Shown here in pieces: positions 49,390-62,025 of a stretch of DNA of 64,000 bases (position 1 is the first letter of the stretch; the number at the start of each line of letters is the position of its first letter). The translations under genes and the position numbers were made by a program. The stretch covers positions 113,524,001 through 113,588,000 of the forward strand of contig CM059432.1 of the NCBI GenBank assembly GCA_030390025.1, in the 5' to 3' direction. The notes beneath the pieces were generated by a model. That model was not told the DNA's origin and ran no database searches. It was given only the letters and a program-made list of their open reading frames with translations. The stretch comes from Squalus acanthias (Eukaryota).

Positions 49390-50502
49390 GTAATGGCTCA
49401 CAGTTTCTTGATTTTCATAGTACTTGACACATTACTACTGCAAGCTGCGTTATTTCAGATATCTTTTTGTACAGGTAAGATTCTGAGGCTGTAAATGCCT
49501 TCCTCGGTACGGTTCCAATTAAATAAATCATGATCTTGCCTGTAAACCAGGTGTGACCGTTCAGGGTCTGTTGGAGTACAAACCCATGATCATAATCAGC
49601 TGTGTAATTGAACTGAACTGGAATTGACTGTGCCGACCCTTTCTCTGGAACCATATTCACCTAACCATCGGGTATTCAGCTGCAGTATTGTTTTCCTTAG
49701 CTTTTTTCTGCTGGTTGATCTATGGTGTTGCATACCAGTTGTCAGGACCAAGTGTAGAGATCAGGTCAAACAGGATTAGAGGTCGGGATAATTGGACCAA
49801 GGGAGAGGGGAGGAGGATGTCCGGTCCAAGAAAGTCATCAAGGAGGAGATTCAGTTACATGAGGGGTGGGGGTGTAGCACTGGCATAGTAGTTATTCAGT
49901 GACTGGATGGTGCATGGTTCTTCGAGCACACTATAGTCCCTCATTTGGGAGAGAGGAGGATGCCACCAGCACGGTGAAGTTACTCAGTGGGTGGGGAGCA
50001 GGAATCATTGGCACACCAAGATCATTCTGCGAGGGGCACAACTCTGATGGCCCAAGGGCCTATGCAACTGAAGGCATGGCCGCCAGGGGTGGGGGTGGGG
50101 GCGGGTGGACTGGCTGGTGGATTGATCACAATGGTTGGGGGGGTGGGAGAAAGGGGGATAAATGCTGCTCAGTTTGGAACGGAGGGGGGTGGGGAAGGGA
50201 AGTACACCTAATCTGTGGCGATGGAGGAGGATTGCAAAGTTCCTGGGGTGGGAATGGGTGCCAACATGCTTGTCAATGGTGACCAGGGGCAAGAATCTAA
50301 AATGTTTCTCGGCTGGTGGGGGTTTTTCCAAAATACTGCGTAATGGAGGGAAGTTACGGAGTGCAAGTAGATCGGGGGAATGCCAGAGTTAATTCCAGTT
50401 CTATTCAAATACACAGCTATTTATTGGACATGAGGAAAAGATCACAATGCTGTCCTTTGCAGGAGGCTTAAGAATGGGGAATGAGTAGAATTCTGAGGGC
50501 AC

Positions 50503-50970
50503 ATGTTTTTTTTAATTTGTTTATGGGATGGGCGTCGCTGGCAAGGCCAGCATTTATTGCCCATCCCTAATTGCACCGCCACCTTCTTGAACCGCTGCAG
50601 CCCGTGTGGTGAAGGTACTCCCACAGTGCTGTTAGGGAGGGAGTTCCAGGATTTTGACCCAGCGACGATGAAGGATCAGCGCTATACTTCTAAGTCAGGA
50701 TGGTGTGTGACTTGGAGGGGAACTTGGAGGTAGTGGTGTTCCCATGCACCTGCTGCCCTTGTCTTTCTAGGTGGTAGAGGTCGCGGGTTTGGGAAGTGCT
50801 GCCGAAGAAGCCTTGGCGAGTTGCTGCAGTGCATCTTGTAGATGGTACACACTGCAGCCACAGTACGCTGGTGGTGGAGGGAGTGAATGTTTAAGGTGGT
50901 GGATGGGGTGCCAATCAAGCGGGCTGCTTTGTCCTGGATGGTGTTGAGCTTCTTGAGTGTTGTTGGAGCT
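50503..50970 (-). mobile_element. non-LTR retrotransposon 3' fragment, joined to a + strand CR1 tail (50972-51400)
   Basis: Homologous to the 38340-38810 segment. Confidence 0.85.
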
Positions 50971-53159
50971 GTTATGTGGAGAGACTAGGGTAGCTGAGGT
51001 TGTTTCCCTTAGAGCAGGGAAGGTTAAGGGGAGATTTAATAGAGGCATTCAAAATCATGAAGGGTTTTGATAGAGTAAATAAGGAGAAACTGTTTCCACT
51101 GGCAGAAGGGTCGATAACCAGAGGACACAGATTGAAGGTAATTGGCAAAAGTGCCAGAGGTGAGATGAGACTTTTTTTTTATGAAGCGAGTTATTATGAT
51201 CTGGAATGCACTGCCTGAAAGGGTGGTGGAAGCAGACTCAATAGTAACTTTCAAAAGGGAATTGGATAAATACTTGAAGGGGAGAAAATTGGAGGGCTAT
51301 GGGGAAAAAGTAAGACTAATTGGATAGCTCTTTCAAAGAGCCAGCACAAGCACGACGGGCTGAATGGCCTCCTGTGCTGTAAGATTCTGTTATTCTGTGA
51401 TACAGTGGACAGAGTCTTCAACTGCAGGTAGACTCAATTTTTTTTGTTATTAACAATGATCTGCATTCTAGGTGCTGTTGTTTGATCACCTGCACTTATG
51501 GGACATTTAACGGTGAAAACTGCTATCACAGAGCCACTTACTACGGTTAAATGTTGACAGTTTTGTTATGAGTTTTCCCTCTAAGATGGTATGATGTAGG
51601 CATTTTCAAGATGTTTTGAAATGGAATGTTGCACACCACTCAGTATGTTAGAGAGTTTTCTTTTCAGATGTTGTGATTAGCGAGTGCAGAAAGATCCAAC
51701 TCTTAAAAAGTAATGGCGATCAATTCTTGTAATGAATTAAATGTAATGGATCAAAATGTCAACTAGAGTTGTTAATTATTCAGACTGGTGTACCAAACTG
51801 AGAGATAGTGTCTCTTTTCGCTCAATTTAAGCAAGATTAGGATTTGCTGCCTTGGATGTTTTACACTGAAAAATTCAAACATGGCTAGACTGTTGGTCAT
51901 AGAGTCATAACGGCACAGAAGGAGGCCATTCGGCCTATAGACTCTGTGCCAGCTCTCTGTAGAGCAATCACGTCAGTCCCATTCCCCGCTCTATCCCCGT
52001 AGCCCTGCAAGTTTATTTCCCTCAAGTGCCTATCCAGTCTCACCTTGAAAACATTGAGTGTCTCCGCTTCCACCACTTCCGTCGGCAGCGAGTTCCAGGT
52101 CCTCACCACTCGCTGCGTAAAAAAGTTTTTCCTCACGTCCCCCCTGTATCTCTTGCCCAAAACCTTAAATCTGTGTCCCCTAGTCCTTGTACCATCAACT
52201 AGTGGGAACAGCCTTTCCCCGTCTAGCCTATCCAAACCCGTCATAATCTTGTACAGCTCTATCAAATCACCCCTCAACCTCCTTTGCTCTAATGAAAACA
52301 AATCCAGCTTCTCCAGCCTGTCCTTATAGCTAAGATCTTCCATCCCTGGAACCATTCTGGTAAATCTCCTCTGCACCCTCTCAAGTGACTTCACATCCTT
52401 CCTAAAGTGTGGTGACCAGAACTGGACACAATACTCCAGTTGTGGCCTAACCAGCACTTTATAAAGGTTCAGCATAACTTCTCTACTTTTGTACTTAATA
52501 CCTCTATTTATGAAGCCCAAGAACCCATATGCTTTGCTAACCATTCTCTCAATATGTCCCGCCACCTTCAGGGACCTATGCACATTAACTCCCAGGTCCC
52601 TCTGTCCCTGCACACTCTTTAAAAACTGTGCCATTAAGTGTGTATTGCCTCCCCCTGTTCCTTCTGCCAAAATGCATCACCTCACACGTCTCTGTATTAA
52701 ATTCCATCTGCCACTTGTCTGCCCATTCTGCTAGCCTTTCTATATCCTGTTGCAGTCGATTGATATCATCCTCACTGTTTGCCACACCCCCAAGTTTGGT
52801 GTCATTGACAAATTTAGAAATTCTACTCTGTATTCCAATATCCAGGTCATTAAAAAAAGCAGTGGCCCCAGCACTGACCCTTGGGGAACACCACTGTCTA
52901 CCATCCTCCAGTCTGAAAAACAGCCATTTCCCCCAACTTGCTGTTTTCTGTCCTTAAGCCAATTCCTTATCCAAGCTGCCACTGACCCACCTATTCCATG
53001 AGCCTCAATTTTGTTAACCAGCCTTCTATGTGGTACTTTGTCAAACACCTTCCTAAAATCCATGTAGACAACATCCATTGCATTCCCTTCATCAATCTTC
53101 CCTGTTACTTCATCAAAAAATACAATTAGATTAGTCAAACATGATCTGCCTTTTACAAA

Positions 53160-54375
53160 ATAACAACAGAAAACGCTGGAAAAACTCAGCAGGCCAGGCA
53201 GCATCCGTGGAGACAGAAACAGAGTTAACGTTTCAGGTCGAAGACCTTTCGTCAGAACTGGAAATAAGCAGAAAATGGAATAGATTTTAAAGCAAGTTTT
53301 TAGGGGCTGGGAAAAGGGGGATGGGATGAAAGAACGAAAGGGAAGGTCAGTGATAGGATCGAAAGCAGGAGAGATTAAGAGACATTGAGAGACATTAAGA
53401 GATATTCAAGGCAAGAGGAGGTGGTAATGGGACAGGTTAAGGAACAAAGGATGGCTCGAGATGAAGTGTGAATTGCACTGGCAGAATGAAGGACAGCTGC
53501 CATGTGGGAGGGAAGGAAAAAAAGGCCAAACAAAAAGTGTGATTAAAAAAAAAATATATATATATATATATGTGATAGGGGCCGAGGTTATGATCTGAAA
53601 TTGTTGAACTCTATGTTGAGTCCAGAGGCCTGTAGAGTGCCTAATCGAAAGATGAGGTGCTGTTCCTCGAGCTTACGCTGAGCTTCCGTGGAACAATGCA
53701 AGAGGCCGAGGACGGTGAGGTCTGAGTGGGAATGGAGCGGTGAATTAAAGTGACAGGCCACCGGGAGCTCGGGGTCCCCCTTACGGACTGAACGGAGGTG
53801 TTCCGCAAAGCGGTCACCCAATCTGCGTTTGGTCTCCCCAATGTAGAGGAGACCACATCGTGAGCAGCGAATACAGTATGCTAAATTGCAAGAAGTACAA
53901 GTAAATCGCTGTTTCACCTGGAAGGGGTGTTTGGGGCCCTGGACAGTGGGAAGGGGGGAGGTATAAGGGCATGTGTTGCATCTCCTGCGCTTGCACGGGA
54001 AGGTGCCCGGCGAATGGGAAGGGGTGCTGGGGGTGATAGAGGAGTGGACTATGATGTCGCGGAGGGAGCGGTCCCTGCGGAATGCTGAAAGGGGAGGTGA
54101 GGGGAAGATGCGTTTGGTGGTGGGATCACGCTGGAGGTGGCGGAAATGGCGGAGGATGATCCGTTGAATGTGGAGGCTGGTGGGGTGAAAGGTGAGGACA
54201 AGGGGAACTCTATCGTGGTTCCGGGAGGGAGGGGCAGGGGTGAGAGCAGAAATGCGGGAGATAGAACGGACATGGTCGAGGGCTGTGTCAACCACAGTAG
54301 AGGGGAATCCTCGGTTGAGGAAAAAGGAAGACATGTCGGAAGTACTGGTATGGAAGGTGGCATCGTCCGAGCAGA
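53160..54375 (-). mobile_element. 5'-truncated Penelope-like element (RT C-term + GIY-YIG endonuclease, terminal hammerhead)
   Basis: C...RCNTC, FTCTSCNLAYCIRCSRCGLLYIGETKRRLGDRFAEH, VACHF, RKLEEQHLIFRLGTL..GLN. 13-bp TSD TGCCTTTTACAAA at 53147-53159 and 54376-54388. Confidence 0.92.
53223..53259 (-). ncRNA. minimal type I hammerhead ribozyme at Penelope 3' end
   Basis: The minus strand reads AGTT-CTGACGA-A-AGGTC-ttc-GACCT-GAAA-cg-TT-AACT. Confidence 0.7.
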
Positions 54376-54550
54376 TGCCTTTTACAAATCCGTGTTGGCT
54401 CGCCTTAATTAGCTTAAACCTCTCCAAGTGCCCGTTAATTTTTTCCTTGATTATTGTTTCTAAAACGTTACCCACCACTGATGTTAAACTGACCGGCCTG
54501 TAGTTACTAGGATTGTCCTTACACCCTTTCTTAAACAATGGTGTCACATT

Positions 54551-56028
54551 CCCTGGACTCTGGAGAGGTCCCAGCGGATTGGAAAACCGCTAATGTAACA
54601 CCCCTATTTAAGAAAGGAGGGAGACAGAAAGCAGGAAACTATAGACCAGTTAGCCTAACATCTGTCGTTGGGAAAATGCTGGAGTCCTTCATTAAGGAAG
54701 CAGCAGCAGGGCATTTAGAAAAACATACTGCAGTCAAACAGAGTCAGCATGGTTTTAGGAAAGGGAAATCATGTTTAACAAATTTGCTGGAGTTCTTTGA
54801 GGATGTAACAAGCAGGGTGGACAAGGGTGAGCCAGTGGATGTGGTGTATTTGGATTTCCAGAAGGCATTCGATAAGGTGCCACATAAAAGGTTACTGCAT
54901 AAGATAAGAGCTCACGGAGTTGGGGGTAATATATTAGCATGGATAGAGAATTGGCTAACTAACAGAAAGCAGAGGGTCGGGATAAATGGGTCATTTTCTG
55001 GTTGGCAAACGATAACTAGTGGGGTGCCACAAGGATCGGTGCTGGGGCCCCAACTATTTACAATCTACATTAATGACTTGGATGAAGGGATCAAGTGTAA
55101 TGTAGCCAAGTTTGTGGATGATACAAAGATGGCTGGGAAAGCAAGTTGTGCAGAGGACTCAAAGAATCTGCAAAGGGATATAGACAGGCTAGGTGAGTGG
55201 GCAAACATTTGGCAGATAGAGTATAATGTGGGAAAGTGCGAGGTTATCCACTTTGGCAGGAAAAATAAAAAAGCAAACTATCATTTAGATGGAGAGAGAT
55301 TACAAAATGCTACAGTTCAGAGGGACCTGGGGGTCCTTGTGCATGAAACACAAAAAGTTAGCATGCAGGTACAGCAAGTAATCAAAAAGGCAAATGGAAT
55401 GTTGGCCTTTATTGCAAGGGGGTTGGAATATAAAAGCAGGGAAGTCCTGCTACAACTGTACAAGGTATTGGTGAGACCACACCTTGAGTACTGCGTACAG
55501 TTTTGGTCTCCTTATTTAAGGAAGGATATATTTGCATTGGAGGCAGTTCAGAGACGAGGTTAATTCCAGAGATGAGGGGTTTGACTTATGAGGAAAGGTT
55601 GAGCAGGCTGGGCCTATACTCATTGGAATTTAGAAGAATGAGAGGTGATCTTATCGAAACATATAAGATACTGAGGGGGCTCGACAATGTAGATGCAGAG
55701 AGGATGTTTCCCCTCATGGGTAAATCTAGAACTCTGGGCACAGTCTCAGAATAAAGGGTCACCCTTTTAGAACTGAGATGAGGAGGAACTTCTCTCAGAG
55801 GGTCGTAAATTTGTGGAATTCTCTGCCCCAGAGAGCTGTGGAGACTGGTTCATTAAATACATTTAAAGTGGAGATAGACAAATTTTTGCAAGATAAGGGA
55901 GTGAAGGGTTATGGGGAGCGGGCTGGGAAGTGACTTTGAGCCCTAGATCAGCCATGATCTTATTGAATGGCGGAGCAGGCTCGAGGGGCGAAGTGGCCTA
56001 TTCCTGCTCCTATTTCTTATGTTCTTAT
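54551..56028 (+). mobile_element. 5'-truncated CR1 inserted antisense in CR1
   Basis: 341-aa RT ORF (DWKTANVTPLFKKG...FVDDTK...RPHLEYC) plus the CR1 tail. Confidence 0.92.
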
Positions 56029-58093
56029 TTGCCACTTTCCAATCCTCAGGCACCTCCCCCGCATCTAAGGAAGATTGGAAAATTATGGCAAGCCATTCTG
56101 CTATCTCCTCCCCCAATTCCCTTAGCAACCTGGGATGCAAGCCATCTGGACCAGGCGACTTAATCCACTCTAAGCATACCCAGCCTTTCTAGTACATCCT
56201 GTCTATCAATTTTCACCCCTTCCATTGCTTCTACCTTTTCCACTTCTACCGATATTTTGTCAGCATCCACCTCCTTAGTAAACACCGATACAAAGTACTC
56301 ATTGAGTATTCTAGCCTTGCCCTGCGCCTCTAAGCATATATCACCACCTTTGTCTCTAATAGGCCCCACCCCGTCTCTTACTACCCGCTCACTGTTTACA
56401 TGCCGGTAGAAGATTTTTGGGTTCCCTTTTATGTTAACCGCCATTCTATTCTCATAATCTCTCTTTGCCAATCTTATTTTCATCTTCACTTTCCCTCTCA
56501 ACTTATTGTATTTGGTCTGGTTCTCCCTTGAAGAATTCACCTGACATTCATCATACACCTTTTTTTGTTTCATCATCTTCTCAATCTCCCTCGTCATCCA
56601 AGGAGCCCTTGCTTTGGTTCCCTTACCCTTCCCTCTTGTTGGAATGTACCTAGCCTGTACTTGGAACATCTCCTTAAAGATCACCCATTGTTCCGTTACA
56701 GTTTTTCCTGTCAGTCTTTGGTTCCATTTTATCCTGGCTACATCCTTTCGCATCCCATTGAAGTTAGCCCTATTCCAGTTTAGAAGTTCCACTCGAGATT
56801 GTTCCTTGCTCATCTCCATTGCTAATCTAAATCTTATGATACAATGATCACTCGTACCCAAGTGTTCTCCCACAGACCTGGTTGACCTGGCCCACCTCAT
56901 TCCCCAGCACCAGATCCAGCAATGCCTCCTTCCCAGTTGGGCTAAGAACATACTGGTCAAGGAAACTCTCCTGAACACATTTCAGAAATTCCTCCCCTCC
57001 TTTACCTTTACCCTAGCATTATCCCAATCGATATTTGGGTAATTAAAGTCCCCCAATATCACCACTCTATAGCTCTTGCATATCTCTGCGATTTCCCTGC
57101 AGATTTGCTCCTCTACCTCCCTCTCACTATTTAGAGGCCTGTAGAATACCCCCAATAGCGTGATCATACCCTTTTTGCTCCTCAACTCTAACCAAATGGA
57201 TTCTGTCCTTGTCCCCTCAAGAACATCCTCCTTTTCCAACACTACAATGTCTTCCTTAATCAGCACTGCCACCCCACCTCCCTTTTTTCCTTTGCTATCT
57301 TTTCTGAACACCTTGTACCCTTGAATTTTATGTGCCCAGTCCTCACCGTTTTTAAGCCGCATTTCCATTATTGCCACAACATCATATTGCCACACAGCTA
57401 ATTGTGCTTGTAGCTCACCAACCTTATTCACCACACTTTGTGCGTTTACGTACATGCATTCTAAACCCATTTTTGAATTTTTCTTAGTCTGCTCCTACCT
57501 AATATGGTACTACTTCCGCCTCCAGCACTACCTTCCCCTCCAGTACCATCCAACACACTCACTCTTCCGTGCACCCCATTCCTCCCCTCCACTCCTACAT
57601 GCTGGTACCCATCCCCCTGCCAAGCTAGTTTAAACCCTCCCCAACAGCACTCGCAAACCTCCCCGCGAGAATATTGGTCCCGGCTCTGTTGAGGTGTAAC
57701 CCGTCCGGCTTGTACAGGTTCCACCTTTCCCCAGAAATGGTCCCAATGCCTCAGGAATCTAAAGCCCTCCCTCCTGCACTATCTCTCCAGCCACGCATTC
57801 ATCTGTTCTATCCTCCTATTCCTGTACTCACTAGCACGTGGCACCGGGAGTAATCCAGAGATTACTACCTTTGAGGTCCTGCTTTTTAATCTCTTTCCTA
57901 GCTCATTGCTGTACTACTAATGCACTGAGCCACAAAGGGTTTGTACAACACATAACCCATACGGTGAATTACCAAGCTCAGCTGCCTAAGGCCTGACCAA
58001 GATGTGGAATGTGTGTCTCCACATCGCCTATGTACACCTCCCTGGAATCTATTAAGAAGCACTAGCGGGGGTCCGAGCTAAGCTGGCCAATGT

Positions 58094-59145
58094 GGCTGGA
58101 TTTTCCTCCCAACGGAGAAGGATTTCCGGAGTTGGGATCCTTTCACATGCAGGGCAGGATCTTGACCACTGAAAGAGCCTGTCACTGTGACAGAGCGAAC
58201 GTGCAGGACACCCACTGCAGCAGAACATCCGCTGCAGCACCAAAAGAAAGAAGTTAAAGGGGCAAACGTGCCACAAAGTGATTTTTTTTTATTTAAAAGA
58301 AAGGGTTCTCAATGAGTCCAGGCCTCCAAGGGCAGGTAAAGGACCTGAAGGAAAAAAAGAAAGACTTGCATTTATATAGCGCCTTTCATGACCTCAGGAC
58401 GTCCCAAAGTGCTTTACAGCCAATGAAGTACTATTTGAAGTGTAGTCATTGATGTAATGTGGGAAACACGGCAGCCAATTTGCACACAGCAAGCTCCCAC
58501 AAACAGCAATGTGATAATGACCAGATAATCTGTTTCTATGATGTTGATTGAGGGATAAATATTGGCCAGGACACCAGGGATAACGCCCCTGCTCTTTGAA
58601 ACGGTGCCATGGGATCTTTTATGTCCACCTGAGAGGGCAGACGGGGCTGATAGACGGCACCTCCGACAGTGCAGCACTCCCTCTGTACTGCACTGGAGTG
58701 TCAGCCTAGATTTTTGTACTCAAGTCTCTGCAGTGGGACTTGAACCCACAACCTTTGGACTAAGGCGAGGGTGCTACCAACTGAGCCATGGCTGACACGG
58801 CTCCTGGAAGAGAGGGAGAAGTGCCCTCTACTTAGAAACCTTCTCTCCTTTACACTGCTCTCCCAGGGCTTACTGCCACCTCTCTCCTGGGGATTCCTGG
58901 GGTCAGCAGCAGTAGAGGCTTGGAAATTTGGGTGGGTTCCTGGGCCCTGCTCATTTCACCATTTAAATGCACATGGGTGGACAAGATCTAGGAGGCTGAG
59001 ATCCCTGTGGCGGGGGAGGGAAAGAAATTTACCGCTGCTCTGGTAGGGATGGGAATGTGACGGTGGGGCTCCCCACCTGATTTCCCATGATTTTCTAGCA
59101 CTGTACCGCCCGCTTTTGCATGATCTAGCAGAGAAAAATCCAGCA
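58094..59145. mobile_element. possible Harbinger-type non-autonomous element hosting a SINE
   Basis: Inverted termini GCTGGATTTTCCTC (58095) / GAGAAAAATCCAGC (59131-59144), similar to the ends of the 2939-4660 element. TSD not clear. Confidence 0.45.
58350..58797 (-). mobile_element. Deu-domain SINE
   Basis: Homologous to 16381-16845. Confidence 0.85.
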
Positions 59146-60430
59146 TAGTGTGCCAGGCAACTGGATCAAAAAAAGGAAAGAAAAAACAGAAAATATTTTT
59201 ACAAGACTAAGCCATACACAGAAAATAAAAATGTATATAATGAGTATTTTGTTTAAAATAACATGCTACTCAGCTACAGCAAATGAACAGTTCAGAAAAT
59301 GTAAACCTTTTTAAAAAAAAAAAAAAAATGCCGCTTGCAAATTTCAGCTACTTCCAACCTTACAAATAGGGAATAAACAGCAATTACAATTATATAGATT
59401 TGTCAGATCAGTTTTGAAGCTACACAAATTAGTTTCAACAGTCACAGTAGATTACTATAATGCAGGAGCTCTCAATACAGCACACGTTTCTTTTTGATAT
59501 GTAGTTATTTCTAAGTGTTTTTCTTTTTCCCTGTTGATTATAGATACTGTAATTACGATATTGGTTAAAACTCCTGTGGTGTTGCATCATGTTTGTTCTT
59601 TCATTCACAATGTCTCAATGGTGTAAAATTTCATTTATCAAAGTGAAACATGAAGATAGCAGTGTAGTATAAGGTAATGCCATCGACAGTGCAGCTGTTT
59701 AAACATAAATAAAGAGGTTTCCTCATTGTCGAGGACAGCCATTTAATAGCTGTTTTGTGAAGGTTTGATTGTTGAGGTAAGGTGAACAATCGAGGGAATT
59801 GCTCGGGAGATTTGAAAATTGGACCTGAGTAGTCATCCTTATACATTTTCAGCCTTTAGATGCATGTACGTGAGTTTTGCCTGTTATTCTCCCAGAGACT
59901 TGCTGTTCCCTGCTGCACCATCCTCCGCATGTTCTCTGATGGAAACCTATAATTAGTTTAAAACTGCAATTTATTTAGTGACCTTTTTTTTGCCTGTATT
60001 TCTTTTGAAGACTTCAGTTTATAAAGTAACACCAACCGAGGGATTAAAGAAAAACAATGAATACTGTAAATCTGCATGCAGGGGAGGCAGAAAGTGCTGG
60101 AAGTATACAACAGCCCAATCAGCATCTCGTATAAAAAAAAAAATAATGTTTCAGGAGGGACCCTTCATCAGAACTGTTTTCATAAATGCTTTTTCATATA
60201 ACTTAATATTCTTCCTTCACCCAACAGCACCAAAATAAATTAACTGCTTTTTGGTACATTAGTGTTTGCAAAATGGCTGCCCTATTTATCTACATAAGTC
60301 GCTGCTTTTCATTGCAATTTTTGTTTTGAGAAGTTCCTTGAGGATTCTGAGGTGTGTAATGAGGAGCTATATAAATTAAAGTCTTTATAAGGTTTGCTGC
60401 TGAACCTAATGTTGTTCAATTGCATTTTAG

Positions 60431-61303
60431 GCATCTATTTTGGAAAACCTCCGATTGGCAGTACGGTCACAACTTGGACTAACCTCTTTCCGATCCACTA
60501 CATCCAGTAGCCGATCTAACCTTTGGAACCGTGTCTTTAGCTTCACGAGATCCAGGAATTCAGGGTCTCTAGCACTTGTGTCAACAGATGGAGGTGATAC
60601 TGCTGGCGAGCAGGATGTTACTAGGGAACCTGAAAGAAGTAGTCTGCACAGAAGTCTTCTGACACTTGAGTCGGATGACGCAGATAGAGACGGTGAGCGG
60701 AGAGATATACCAGGAGCTGTTGGTGGAGTCGCAGCCCCTCTACCTCAAAAGGCTGCACCAACCTCTGCAGTAGAAGCTGTTGTAGGAGCAACTGGAATTT
60801 CCTCTGGCTACCCCACTAATATTGCTACTGAAGTAGTTCCCTCACAATCGGGAAGCTCAGAGCAACCAAGCATTAGTCCAGCAAGACAGCAGTTGAGCAG
60901 TGCACTGAGCAGGGTGACTCAGAGTTTGCGCTGGGTGCGGTTTTCTATTGGGAGATCCAGTTCGTCGAGTCAGAACCAGAGTCCCTTGCGACAGCTCGAT
61001 AATGGAGTGCATGGAAGAGATGATGGTGATGATGATGATGTTGAATTGTTAATTCCCGTTTCTGAAGCAGCGTCAGACATGGATACGAGGGACTGTTGCA
61101 GACCAGTTACTGAGCCTGGCCCCAATAGGGTGCAGGGAACTAGGCAGCACTATGTTTCAACACCTCACAGAGAACAGTCTAATAGTAGAGATGGGCCTTG
61201 TGAGCACTGTGGAATGGTACATACAGCCCAGATACCTGATGTGTGCCTAGAAGCAACACTGAAGAACGAAGCCAGTGATGATGAATCCTTGCTTGTCTGC
61301 TAG
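60431..61303 (+). CDS. LRP12: LRP12 exon 7 coding part (cytoplasmic tail)
   Basis: Encodes ASILENLRLAVRSQLG...SPLRQLDNG...DGPCEHCGMVHTAQIPD.CLE.TLKNE.SDDESLLVC*. The tail matches LRP12 rather than LRP3 or LRP10 and ends in an acidic dileucine (DxxLL) motif. Confidence 0.95.
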   Translation, partial: ASILENLRLAVRSQLGLTSFRSTTSSSRSNLWNRVFSFTRSRNSGSLALVSTDGGDTAGEQDVTREPERSSLHRSLLTLESDDADRDGERRDIPGAVGGVAAPLPQKAAPTSAVEAVVGATGISSGYPTNIATEVVPSQSGSSEQPSISPARQQLSSALSRVTQSLRWVRFSIGRSSSSSQNQSPLRQLDNGVHGRDDGDDDDVELLIPVSEAASDMDTRDCCRPVTEPGPNRVQGTRQHYVSTPHREQSNSRDGPCEHCGMVHTAQIPDVCLEATLKNEASDDESLLVC

Positions 61304-62019
61304 CTCTGCAATACATCGGCTATTAATTTTATTTATGCTCCTGTCGGTACAGTACATATTGTGACTTTTAAGTTCTTTCGGTACTTGAAAAAACAACTGG
61401 ATTTGTGTGACTGTCAGATACGATATTTATTACATTTTACTTTGGTTTATGGGAGTCAACTAAATGCATGGTAACATGTTCCATGGAATTTTTTTGGTTC
61501 GTGTTATGCATTCAGGATCTGAAGGTATTACATTTGTTTTAATATGTAGAATGAAAATAAATTATAACTTAAGTTTCTGCATTTACACTTTCTTTCCCTA
61601 GCTATTTCTAAAATATTGTCTTTATTTATTGCTTTTGTCATAAATTGCATGTTTTATGATTTTTAACTATTAGGCTGTTGGGTGCCCTGAAAACTGAATC
61701 TGGAACATGAAAAGTAATGTAAAAACAAATAAAAGTCCACTTTTACAGTAAGGATGGTTTTTACTACTGCTACTCTTTTCTTTTCTCTCCTCCTCCATGC
61801 ATCAAAAAACCCACAAAAGCTGTGACATTTGTTCTGGTGCCTTCTATCTACGAGCTATTTTGTCTTATCTTCACATTGTCAATGACTTCCTGGCAGAGTC
61901 ATGCCCTTTGAAGATGGGTGTGTGAAGACATCATATGTAAACTAACATTCTGCCTAAAATAGCTGGTGCTGCCTCTTGGGACTCCAGGCATGCTTGCTTA
62001 GTAACATTTGTAAACGTTC

Positions 62020-62025
62020 AATAAA
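62020..62025 (+). promoter_or_regulatory. candidate polyadenylation signal of LRP12
   Basis: AATAAA followed by T-rich sequence. Alternative AATAAA sites occur at 61556 and 61728. Confidence 0.45.

Larger units (their letters stand above)
51897..57900 (-). mobile_element. long CR1 LINE (ORF1 3' part, APE, RT) with two nested insertions
   Basis: APE motifs at 56160-57470, RT motifs at 51897-53150 and 54389-54550, and an esterase remnant at 57630-57900. Confidence 0.9.

Noticed and set aside
53588..54547. Novel RT-GIY-YIG fusion gene
   Set aside because: Explained by a Penelope insertion into CR1 with a TSD at the junction.
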